The translations under genes and the position numbers were made by a program. Positions 25,110-37,300 of a stretch of DNA of 64,000 bases are shown one piece after another (position 1 is the stretch's first letter; every line of letters starts with the position of its first letter). The notes below the pieces were generated by a model. That model was not told the origin of the DNA. It ran no database searches and worked only from the letters and a program-made list of their open reading frames with translations. The stretch is taken from positions 3,038,001 through 3,102,000 of the forward strand of contig NW_027361787.1 in assembly GCF_039654945.1 (NCBI RefSeq). The letters run 5' to 3'. Source of the DNA: Dendrobates tinctorius (Eukaryota).

Positions 25110-26940
25110 TTATGCTTTGTTAATTCCTGTGGCTAGTTTGCAATGCGATGCGTGGATCCAGGTTGGTCGTCCTTCCAACTTAACAGAAGTAGGCGTTGTT
25201 AGGAGTACTTGGTAAGGTCCTTGATATCGGGGTTCAAGGGTCTTTCTGGAGTGTTTCTTGACATATACGTAATCACCAGGTTGTAGACAATGAGTTCCTT
25301 CCACACTATCTGGATCTGGAATGGAAGAGAAAACTAGAGAATGCATTTGAGTTAAATGCTTTTGCAACTGGATTACATAACTTGTCAAATTATCCACATT
25401 AAGTGTTAAGACCTGTGGGTAGTACAACGCTGTGTTCGGTGGTCTTCCAAACAGTATCTCGAAGGGTGACAGTTTAGCTTTCCCCGTGGGTGTGTACCTT
25501 ACTGAGAATAATGCTAATGGGAGACACTCTGGCCATGGTCTATGGGTCTGCTCCATGGTTTTCTGTATTTTCAATTTCAGTGTCCCGTTCATTCTTTCTA
25601 CCTTCCCTGAACTCTGTGGGTGGTAGGGTGTATGAAATGCCTGTTCTACACCTATCATTTGCATTACATTTTGCATTACCTCAGCAGTAAAGTGTGTACC
25701 TCTGTCTGATTCAATTGTTTCAGGGACACCGAATCGTGGTACTAGTTCCATCACCAGTTTCTTTGCAGTGGCTCGAGCTGTAGCCGTTTTCACCGGGTAG
25801 GCCTCTGGCCATCCAGAGAAGAGATCTACACATACTAGGATATTTGCATACACTCCTACCTTGGTAGCTGTATGTCGTCAATCTGCCGTCTCTGAAACGG
25901 GTAGAGAGGCCTAGGTGTCGCTTTCTTAGGGACTTTTACTGTTTTACCTGGGTTGTGCTGTGCACAGATGAGGCATGATTGTACAAGTTTCGCGGCTGCG
26001 CAACTGAAGCCAGGAGCGATCCAGAAGGCATCTACCATGGCACACATGTGACTTTTTGAGGTGTGATTGGGGCCATGTGCTGCTTGCGCCATGATTGGGA
26101 ACAGGGACTTTGGTGGGCACATTTTATCCTTATTCTCCCATACTCCATTTGAGTTCAGCTCAGCTCCCAGTCTCCCTCGGTGTACCTTCTCTGTTTGGGC
26201 AGCCTTTTGCTGGAGGGATTTCAGGACATCTAGACCCAATGTGGCTGGAATACGCTGACTCCCCGCCACCGTCCACTGCTCTCTCTAGGCCGCCTTGTGC
26301 TATTTTAGCAGCCTCGTTCGCCCTTCTATTGCCCTCTACCTCCACGGAGTCACCTTTGTGTGTGCTTTTACCTTGACAATGCCAACCTGGACTGGTAACA
26401 TCAATGCCTCCATCAATTGTTTCACCAGCTCTGCATTTTTAATGGGCTTCGAATCTGTGAAAATATTAGCGACTTTACCTGCAGCGGCTCTACACGCCTC
26501 AGTGAGTGCCTTCAACTCTGCCTCCTGCGCCGACATGTGAGGAGAGAGTGGTCCGCTCGGATTACCTCATGTGAGGATACTACTGCATATCCAGTGTAGA
26601 ATCGTCCATCCTGGTGGTATCTGGGGCCATCTACAAAAAAGAAACTCAAAGTCTGCATTAGGAACAGGTTTTTCATGAACGTGTGCAAACCCAACTGTCT
26701 CCTGACTCATCAGTTCTATGCAGACATGTTCATGCGTCATGTCAAAGTATCCTTCCTCACTTGCCAATACGGTCACCAATTCCCCCTTTTCTGAATCCAC
26801 AGGCAGGAGGGTGGCTGGATTCAGAACGTTACATCTTTTGAGGAGTGACATACTCAGGAATTAGTAGGGCACACTCAAGTCGGAGCTGTCTGGCCATAGA
26901 CAGATGTTTTGGTTGAACTTGTAGGAGTATGGCATGGATC
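25110..26940 (-). pseudogene. pol: ERV pol 3' part: RNase H and integrase
   Basis: SAQEAELKALTEAC (RNase H), HHCC (H...H...CLIC), SDRGTHF, HTPYHPQSSGKVERMNGTLK, GPYQVLL, WIHASHCK; frameshifts. Confidence 0.9.
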
Positions 26941-26952
26941 GTCAGTGTCATC

Positions 26953-27558
26953 TCACATGCCTTTCCTATTACGTCTCCACTTTTTTCCTTGTGCTCCAGC
27001 ATACATGACAGGTCGTTTTATTGTCCTTGTTTGCTTAATTTCTTTAGCTACCTTAAGGAGGTCTTTCGGATCTACATGTCTCCATTCAGGTCTGGCTGTC
27101 TGTACTGCGTCTCGTAAGTCTTTGTTCATACCGTCAATGAACGCATCCACCAGTATTCTAACATCAAGTGGGTTTATGCAAATGTACCCCATGTCTGCCC
27201 ATTTCAGCTGTAACCGTCCAAGGTATATCTCTACTCTCTCTCCTCTTTGCTGTGTCACATTAGTCAGGAGTACAGACTGCTCTGATTGTTCCACTGCAGC
27301 CCATTGTCTTAGTGACTCACAGTACGTCTCCCCAGATCGTGCAGATTTATCATCCATGCCCCAAGCCTGATTCTTTGTCACATCTGTGTGTCTGTAAAAC
27401 GGGAATGGTTGGTCCTCAGGGGCAGGCAGCTGCTTCAGCAAAGCTAGCTGGTCAGAGGGGCTCCAGGGATAATACACCTGTATCTTTCTTATTCTAGTCA
27501 CACTTCTAGGTCCTGATGGGGTTGGCCGTCTGATGTCTACTGTCAGCTTACTCCTCAA
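26953..27558 (-). pseudogene. gag: ERV gag capsid fragment
   Basis: YYPWSPSDQLALLKQLP and the MHR-like VTQQRGERVEIYLGRL; joined directly to the pol tether region. Confidence 0.75.
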
Positions 27559-29704
27559 GGGCCAATGTCCCTACTACCCACTATCCACACTATTATGTCA
27601 GCTTCTTATGATCTTGTCTGGATAGGATTTAGTGCAATTCTCTTAGGTCAGTAGCACAGGTCACACAAGTAGCTATTCAGTCTGGGTTTGTCTGAGTCTG
27701 ACCACAGTGTTTACAAGTCCATCTGTTTTGTCTGGGTCTCTGGTTACACTTTGTCAATCAAACATTCATAATACACCTTCCACACTGCTGCACATTCTCA
27801 AGCATCATTTATTCACTTGCTATTTTCTTCCCTTGTCTGTGCCTTTTTGTACATCCAAACATTCACACTCTGGTATTTTTGCCTTTTTCAATATTTGTCC
27901 CACTTGTTTTACTGCTTCCTTCCTTCTCTGTCTCTTGTAATTTGACACAATTTGCTATACAAATCAATCACACAACTAGAAGCAGGTTCAAACACATTAA
28001 TGACCAAGCAATCACTTACAATTCCCTTCTAAATTAGGCACCATATCTTACTTTTAACTTCCAATCTTCAATTAAGTACTGTTGCTTTAAAATGCACAAA
28101 TCTTTCAGCGTGTACCTTACGGATAGAATTACAGAGAATTTTGAGCACAGCTCACACTCAGCAGAGATAAGAGCGAAGGGAGAAGAAAAACTACGCAGCT
28201 CCATCCTTCACCCCTCCCGTCAGAATGCAGCGTCGTCCTTCACAGAATTCTGTAGTTCTTTAGACTTATCAAAATCAATTTCCACAAAGAAACTCAAAAT
28301 CACGGGATTTCACTGTAAGGGCAGATAACTGTATAATGAGATTAACCATGCCTTGCCCTTTTTCTGGCCAAATGCATTCAGGAAACTTTACAATGTAATG
28401 CCACATATAACACGAACTATATCATTACTCAATTCATTCAGTCTCAGATGTAGATTTGAAATATCTATAACGCATCTGTCCGGCATTCCACCACAACTAG
28501 AAAGGTCACAAATCTCTTGACACAAAAATGATGTGTGATGATTCATTCATACGTGCTCATTCACTGATTTTTTTTTTTTTTATACTCAATTACTCATCTC
28601 TCATCTTATTCAGAGGTTCTCAAAGACATACATACAAGGATTCACACAGCCTGCCTATCTTGCACTTTGGATTTGATTAATACTTTTTCCAGGTTCTTTG
28701 CTGCACTACTTCCATATCTATCCTCAATTATATCACATAACCGATTTCCTTCTTCAGGTATCTTTCCCTGACTGTTCCCCATCTTATCTTTTATTCTTAT
28801 CCTGTCTCTCTTGTTGTCTTCCTGTTAGTCCCCTGCCTTAGGTGGTGTATTGGGTAAGCTCAAGACTAGGCTCTACTATACCTCGTTACCTTCTTCCTAA
28901 GGTGCTAACAGGCTAAATGGAGTGTCTGTTCCTCGGTGTACTACGTGTTTCGTGTACTTATATGCTATGTAGCATCCGAACAGAAATACTCCCACAACAC
29001 ACAGGATTGTAAATAAAGTGTCCATCTACTGGGGTTCTTCAGTCATATCCTGTCACAGGCTCATTTCACGGTCCTGTGCTCATTCGGTCACACTCTTATC
29101 TGTCACAAGGTTTATTCGTAAAGGGTGTTGATTTAAGCTTAGGCGGTGACCTCCCCGAAAGGACGCTGTCACATGACCCAGTTAGGCAATATCACCACTC
29201 TTTGAACGAATACCTACTGTGCAGCTTATTTTTCTACTTTCCACAACCTTTCAAATCAAAGTAGCCATTCAACAACCTCCTCTATTCCTAGTGCGGAACC
29301 GTCTATTGTGAAAAACTTGTCCGTCCGGGCTGCGCAGTATGAACTGTTCACCCAGCCTTATATTCCATAATGTCAGACCTCTCCCATTTTGATTTGCATC
29401 AGCTCTTTTTCTAAAAATAGCTGTGCACACACAGAACCTACAGTAACCTCTCATTCGAGCAGAAATTACATATGCGTGTCACACCCGATTTCCTCAGAGT
29501 TCTTATATGGACCTGATTTTACGGCCCCCTCCTCTACTAGATTCCCCTTTATACGGACCTTAGTTATAATGATAGATTATGAAGAGCAGAGAAGAGAAAA
29601 ATTGATCTCTTACCTGGCCAGGTGTTTAGGTCTGCTGTTCACAATTTCATCAGTAACTGGTGTGGTCTGTAGATCGGGTAGTCTTGGAGAGGTGCCTATA
29701 TCAG

Positions 29705-29723
29705 GTCCCTGTTTCGGGCGCCA
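29705..29723 (-). promoter_or_regulatory. Primer-binding site, tRNA-Lys type
   Basis: tggcgcccgaaacagggac, one extra A relative to the tRNA-Lys3 PBS TGGCGCCCGAACAGGGAC. Confidence 0.88.
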
Positions 29724-29729
29724 GGAAAC

Positions 29730-30122
29730 TGTCGGGATCCCTCAGATTACTCTTTCATCTGAAGGACCGATGTTCTTGGGTGTGAAGCATCATATGTCTC
29801 TAATTAAATCAGCTCCGTGGAGAAGAACTACACAGACACCAGCTGTATAATACCACTCGGGATGCCTCCAAGACGCCTCTGGCTTATCAGTTAGGCTTCC
29901 GTCTTTTATAGTAAAGAATTTAAACATTTTACAGACATGCGCAGTACAAATGATTTTACAACTTGTTTTAGACAAAGAAAGTCATTTAGGCGAAAAAGCA
30001 GAGGTATTTGACCTTGGTTCACAAGGGAGATGTCTGAGACATCTCCTCGAAGAACAGATAAGGTTTTAAACAAGAGAATGCAACATAGACAGAACTCAAT
30101 TTAACTCCTTCAGTTCCTATCA
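29730..30122 (-). repeat. ERV 5' LTR
   Basis: 393 bp, TG...CA, followed by the PBS; TATA-like ctataaaag on the - strand. Confidence 0.95.
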
Positions 30123-30154
30123 TGGGGGTATACAGAGTACACAGAGGGGTTCAC

Positions 30155-30750
30155 ACAAACACGGCTTCGCTCCGTACACCTCGTACACACACAGCTCCAC
30201 TCCGTACACCTCGTACACATATGGCTCCGCTCCGTACACCTCGGACACACACGGGTTTGCTCAGTATACCTCGTACACACACGGCTCCGCTCCGTACACC
30301 TCGTACATACACGACTCCGCTCAGTACACCTCCTACACACGCGGCTCCACTCCGTACACCTCCTACACACACGGCTCCTTTCCATACACCTTGTACACAT
30401 GGCTCCGCTCCGTACACCTCCTTCACACGTGGCTCCACTCCGTACACCTCGTACACACGGCTCCGCTCCGTACACCTTGAACACACAGCTCCGCACACCT
30501 CGCACACACACGGCTCCGCTCCGTACACCTCATACACACACGGCTCCGCTCCGTACACCTCGTACACAAACGGCTCCGCTCCGTACACCTCGTACACACA
30601 CGGCTCCGTACACCTCGTACACACACGGCTCCGCTCCGTACACCTCGTACACACACGGCTCCGCTCCGTACACCTCGTACACACACGGCTCCGCTCCGTA
30701 CACCTCGTACACACACGGCTCCGGTCCGTACACCTCGTACACACACGGTT
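30155..30750. repeat. 30-bp minisatellite (acacggctccgctccgtacacctcgtacac)
   Basis: About 20 tandem units directly upstream of the ZNF 5' motif block. Confidence 0.93.
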
Positions 30751-30819
30751 CTGTTACATCCACCCTGTAAACCCCTCCTGACCCCACACAGAAACTTCCC
30801 CTCATCCAGCACCATGACA

Positions 30820-30920
30820 ACCAGCACAGCAGAGTCCTGCACACACTGAGGCCCCTGATCATGTGACCCCTGACTCCTCCCCTCCTGTGACCTCATCACA
30901 GGTCCTGTGCACAGAGCAGC
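30820..30920 (+). promoter_or_regulatory. Recurrent ZNF 5' motif block, copy 3
   Basis: Contains the E-box CATGTG, TGACTC, a GC-box-like CTCCTCCCCTCC and CRE-like TGACCTCA; about 360 bp upstream of the first coding exon acceptor. Confidence 0.5.
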
Positions 30921-31351
30921 TGTAGAAATCTCCGGCCTCGGGGGTCTCACCAGACTTCGCTCTTTTCTTGCAGGGGCCGCAGTGGATTTCATCCTGGATC
31001 CATAGAGCTGAATAGAGGAGCGATGTTCCTTCACTCTGATGGTAATTGATGGTGACGTTGATGAGTCTATGAGGAACGTGTTCAGCTGCCGACTCCGAGG
31101 AGGAAACTGCTTGTTGTCTGTGGCCTAAATATATAGGTTTTATTAGTAGATGTCAGGGAAGAAAACTAAACCCTGTAAGATAATAAATCTCCTCCTATGT
31201 TTCCCTTATTATCTCCAGTAATTGTATTATTACACAGGATTCTTATGATGTTACATCGGCTCATCTTCTTCTCATTCAGGTCTCTACAATATCGGATCCT
31301 CTCAGGGAAGATCTTCTACAGAAGAGAATTTTCCTGATTTACCCATCAAGG

Positions 31352-34300
31352 ATGGATATGGACAGAGACAAGATGGCGGAGAGGATGTTACACCTCACCC
31401 TAGAGATCCTCTTCCGTCTCACTGGAGAGGTGAGAGATTCTGATGACGTCACATTACATCATTCTTATCTATGGGAATAACAGATGGACAGAACTGGAGA
31501 GGTGAGGACTCTGGAAATGTCTGTAGTGAGATTTATTAATGTGTCTCTCCATAACCAGGATTACACAGTGGTGAAGAAGACCTCTAGTGATCGCTGTCAG
31601 GACCCTGTGTCTGAGGGATGGGGAAGACCCCTGAGCCCAATCACGGGGCCTCCACCTCACCCCCTGATCCATGAGGACATCAATGACCAGAAGATCCTAG
31701 AACTCATCTACAAGATGACTGAGCTGCTGACTGGAGAGGTGACACTGCTGGGAATGCTGGGACATTATACAGTAACACTATGAAGGGATCGGGGGATGAC
31801 GGTATCATTGTATGTGTCAGGTTCCTATATGGTGTCAGGATGTCGCTGTCTATTTCTCCATGGAGGAGTGGGAGTATTTAGAAGGACACAGAGATCTGTA
31901 CAAGAACGTCATAATGGAGGTTCCCCAGCCCCTCACATCTCCAGGTAATAGATAGGACTAAATACACACGGCCTATAATTATCTGTATGTAGAGAATGAA
32001 TTCAGTCCCTGTATGTGTTTCCTCCAGATCTATCCAGTAAGAGGACAACACCAGAGAGATGTCCCCGTCCTCTTCTTCCACAGGACTGTAACCAAGAAGA
32101 TCCCAGTGCTCCTCAGGATCATCAGGTAGATGGAGAGAAGGTGTCAGGAGATCTCCCCTATGATGTGTAGACGGCTGTGAAGGTCTTGTGCTCAGTCTTG
32201 TTTTATCCACCAGTATTATATGTTTTATACTTGTGTAATGAGAACGGTGGAGATGGCAGGATTAGAGCTGATCATAGATGGGACTTCTCCATCTGTCTGT
32301 GACTTTTACAATATTTGTTTCAGGGTGAAGATCTGACCCATATTAATACTACAGAGACATATGTGAGAGATGATGAGCGGTGTAAAGAGGAGATTCCCAC
32401 ATATGACTACCCAGGTTAGTAGTAACCACTGAATGCAGAGAAGTCACAGATTCCTCTCAGTCACCGGCTGTGGCTGCTTTATCGGTGGTGTAGTCCGGCC
32501 GTATTACCATGATCACCATTTTCCCTCTAGACCACAACATTCTCCTCCACCCAAAACTGTTCTAATGACTTTGGGCAGTGAAAGCCCTTTTCTATAGAAC
32601 TTACAACCAATTACATTGTTTCTGATCCTAAGGAATTCAGATTACTGCACAATCTCTCCTGAAATGGGGAGCAATAAGGAATTCAGATTACTGCACAATC
32701 TCTCCTGAAATGGGGAGCAATATTATTTTCTCTAATCTTCTGCTCAGGATCCATAGTAGCTCCTATGGTCCACCATAAATGAGGGCAACTCTGGTTTACT
32801 GTTTAATCTGTATTTGTAGTTTTCAGTTAATGAGATTCTCGTGCTCTGGGGCGGGGCTGTGGGCGGGGCTGTGGATGGGACTGTGGGCGGGGCTTTATGT
32901 GGTGCACTGATTACATATTCCTCTGTATTGGCTTATGACCGGTCGCTGATCCCTCACTGACCTGCCCCCCATTATTACATAATGCATATAATAGCATTGA
33001 TATTATTGGTGATAATGCCTATAATATTGTGGCCATTGTGAGGCTTAGAAAAAAATTTCATCCAGCAAAATTTCAACTTATCCAGATGTGTATTGATCAC
33101 CTTGAACCCTCAAGTGCTTCACAGAAGTTAATTATGTAGAGCCGTGAAAATAAAAAATCATATTTTTTTCACAAAAAATGATCGCTTCTCTCTCACCCAT
33201 GACAGCACCATGGAGAGAGGGGATCCGCCCATCAGGGACAGAAACCTACAGATAAAAAGGGCGGTACCTCTCCTCCGCCCCTGGTTGGGTTCCTGTCCCT
33301 GACGGGTGACCTACAGAACCGCAGCAGCTTAACTAATAGGAGATCCAGGGCTGTCCCGTCCGGGGGCTCACAGCGGGGAAGCCCCTGTCATGGCGGGTCG
33401 GTTCCTGAAGCCGCCACCGCTGCAGCCGACGGGCTCGACAGGGTGAGCGGGGGGGAGAGGACTGAGCCGCCGCTCTGGAAAGGATTCTGGGGCTGGTGGG
33501 GACCCGGGACACACACGGGCAGCGCCATGGTACAGAGGTGTACCAATATGGTGCTGCCCCGGAAATGGATAAATGTCTTCTGAGTCAGCGCACTGCGCAC
33601 TCCCCGGGGCAGACAGCGGTGCAGTCTGGTAGAGGAGGTGACGTCACGCGCCGCGAAATTCGAAAATGAAAGTGCTGGAATTGCTCCTGGCTGGAGGCGT
33701 CCTGTAAGTATGGAAGACAGCGACCAGCAAAGGGAGCAACAGCTCAAGCAGCAGCCTAAGCAGCAGCCCAGGCAACAGCAACACCAGCATCACCGGCAAA
33801 AAGAGCAGGACAGGAGTGATGGCCGATCCAGTCGCCACTCCACGCAACGCAGCAGGTCGGCTGCAAGGAGCAAGTCACCATCCTTGGATCAGCCCGTACG
33901 GGACCTGAATCCACCTCCCGAACCGGTACCTGCAGCCGCGCATATCTGGTGAGTGACCTTCGAGAATGTTCACCATTGTAATAGACTTCTTTTCCCTTAT
34001 CAGGGAAAAAAGAAGGGGAAACAAAGAACAGGGAATGCCCCACTTATAGCAGAGCCCTGCGAATCCTGCATACAGGAAGTTCTTTGTGAGGAAACCCCGG
34101 ATTTCGCCTCGGACCTAAGAGCTGTAATCAGATCAGAGGTTCAGAGTGCCCTTTTATCCCTGAAACAAGGGGAAAAAGTTAAAAGGAAGGACTCTGGAGT
34201 GGGTTCCCAGTCAGAAGTCTCGACGTCAGGGGAGGTTACCTCACATACCTCAGTCACCGGCTCATCATCCTCAGACGAGGAAACGGGAGGCCATCATTGT

Positions 34301-37300
34301 TTTCCCCCAGAGGAGGTAAACACGCTAGTTAAGGCAATAAGATCTACCATGGGGGTGGCAGTCCCTCGCCCTGATAGGTCAGTCCAGGACATAATGTCCG
34401 GGCGACTGGGCCAAAAGAAACAGAGTGTTCCCGATAAACGAGAACGTACAGGGCCTTAAAAAAAGAAAAGGGAAAAACCAGAGTGGAAAAACTCCACTGT
34501 CCCTTCCCTTAAGAGGAAATATCCCTTTGATGAAGAGGCGTCCACATCTTGGGACAAAGCCCCGACACTAGACGTAGCTGTCGCCAAGGCCTCAAAAAAG
34601 TTTTACACTCCCCTTTGAGGACACTTTTAGGGTACTCTGAAGGACCCCTTAGAGAAAATGGCCGATACCTTCCTCAAGGGCGCTTGTGAATCAGCTGGGG
34701 GAAATCTGAAGCCAGTTATTGTGGCAATATGTACCTCCAGAGCCCTTATGGTATGGGTGGATCAACTAAAGAGACAGTTAAGGGAAGGTACACCCAGAGA
34801 GAAGATTCTGGAATCTATTCCAGTAAATAAGGGGAGCGGTGGCATTCTTGGCGGACTCATCAGCTGACTTGGTGAGATTATCATCTAAAGCAGCAGCCAT
34901 GTCAAACGCAGCCCAAAGAACGTTGTTGCTCAAATGTTGGCCAGGGGATTTACAAACTAAAATGAACCTAGGTCGATCCCCTGCAAAGGGAAGTTCCTAT
35001 TCGGGGAGACGATAGATGACATCCTCCAAAAGGCAGGGGATAAAAGAAGGGATTCCCAAATCTGGGTCCTACAGTGTTTGAGGTCCTTTCGTAACAGAAA
35101 GTTCTTTCAGAGCAGAAATAGGATGACAGAAGGAGAGATATGGGGTTTCTCTTCGGTAACTCGTCCTGAGACAAGAAACCCTCTTGGTGACAGTTGCCCA
35201 AGGTGGGGGGGGGAGTCTAAACCTTTTTCTCCCAGCTTGGAGGGAAATCTCGAACAGCCCTTGGTTGGTAAGTCTGATTGGCTCGGACCTAAGGATAGAC
35301 TCTCTCTCTCCCACTGTAATGTAATGTCTGCAAAATATGATGTTTTCTGTTGGAACCTTCTAGAAGTCTCCCATTTTCTTATCAGGACATTGCAGCCTGC
35401 CATGTTGCTGCAAATCCCCCCTTTCTCTTCCCCCACACACACACACACCAGTGTCTTCATGGGCACAGCTCTGTGAAACCTGAAGCTGTCCATTTCCTGT
35501 GAGCAAGGAATGTTAATTAAGCTAGTGGAAAAGATGTTCCTTTGTTCTCTGATCTGTGGCTGAATGAAACTATGGGTGATATTAAAGAGACTGTACCGTA
35601 AAAACCATACGCAGCAGAGATATAAAACCCACATTTCTGCGAAGGGCACAAAGCCAGCTGTCTAAACCCCTAAGTTTCACGATTCTCGGACTTCTAGAAA
35701 ATGAGATATGGATTCCTTCTAAACGGTGTGTCTGAAATACTGCATATTTGGTCTTGAATTATTGTAATCAACAAACTACAAAGAATGATACCATGTGCGT
35801 GTTTGTGCGAACTTCCTCCTGCGAGATACAGTTATATTAAGTTTTGTAGTTTGATTCTAAATCCAAGAGTAGGGGGCAGACCCTCTCCAGACTGCCCCTT
35901 CCGTGATGTCACACAGCAGAGGCTATAAGGCATTCCCTTGGCAAAACCAGTTCAGAGCAGCTGAAGTCCTCATGCCAGAGAGACGTGCCGATGAGTGGCG
36001 ACGTTTGGTTACGTGCCCCTCCCCCTCCAGCCACATAGGATGCCTAAAGATTCATAAGCAACCGTGAGTGTACTTTCTGTTTTCATCCACTTTTGTTTTA
36101 TACTTGTATCTGTACATATGTAATGTCTCAACTTTATAGCAACTTTCATCTATATAATCACTGCCCTCATTTTGGGGAATAAATGATATAATAATTCAGT
36201 CTGTCTTCATGCTCTTAGAAATGAACTATACGCCTTATTTAGATAATCGCTACTAATTTGGGGTTTGTCACGGACCCTCTTAATTAACTCTGTGATTAAG
36301 TAAAGCGTGGCTGGTGGCAGCGTAATGTGCGCGGCTGCCGAGACTAGCTGGCAGTACAGAAGGGTCTTATATTGCTGAATGAGGGGCTGCGGCCACAGCA
36401 TTGATAATTCCTTACTGCAGTAGTCTAGAGGTCAGTGCACAACAAGCAGCCCATCCGGCGGCTAATTATCCTAGGTGCAGTTCCCTGACTGACCTGAGGG
36501 TAAGGGGGGCGCCGGAGAGCTGCAAGTTCCAAAGTGGAACTGAGAAAGTGGGATATACATAAATATTCGCAGTTCTTGGAAGGTTGTTAGCAGAGGTGGG
36601 GGCATCCAAAATAACCCCCCCTGTGGTAAATTGTTAGAGCAAGGTTAGTTTGCTGCATTTTGTTCACATGGTGCCAGTGGTAGATAACTAAGATAAGCCC
36701 CCACTTTGCCTGTGATAGCCATGTGCCGGCAGTGTGTCGCGTCCCTCCGTCCACTGATACACCCGTGTCAGTGGTGAGATTGTGACATATTGGTGACACA
36801 GGGTCTGCTGTCCGTCACGTTTTGGTGGCAGCGGGACCCCTGTTCGTCATATTTGGTGGCAGCTGTGGGCTGTTCATCACACACCTCAAAAATACGTGGT
36901 AACTCCATACTCCATAAGATCTATATGAGAACAAAAAACTCTCGGAAATGAGGTCCTAAGTTTACTAAAGAAAGGAGGAAATGGAGTCAACCACCAAAAT
37001 CCTGTTCCCACACTGCCTTATGACAGTATTAGATCTCAGCGACGCATACTATGACGTCCCCATCCACAAAGACTACCGAAAATACCTCAGACTGCCGGTC
37101 TCTATAAATGGCGAGATGAGTTTCAATACAGGGCCCTTCCGTTCGGAATATCTATAGCCCACGAGTTTTCACGAAACTAGTGGCAGAAATGATGGCCCAC
37201 CTAAGGCAGCAGGACATATTAATAATTCCATGTTTGGACGACTTTTTAATAGCAAGCGACTCGGCTCAAAATGCAAGGAATGGAGGGACAGAGTGATGAA

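Larger units (their letters stand above)
23231..30122 (-). mobile_element. Endogenous retrovirus (epsilon-like by inference), non-autonomous: gag relics, RNase H-IN and env; no protease or RT
   Basis: Two 393-bp TG...CA LTRs, 4-bp TSD tggg, PBS at 29705-29723, PPT at 23624-23634. Confidence 0.93.

Noticed and set aside
32629-32722. About 47-bp direct duplication
   Set aside because: A simple local tandem duplication with no further structure.
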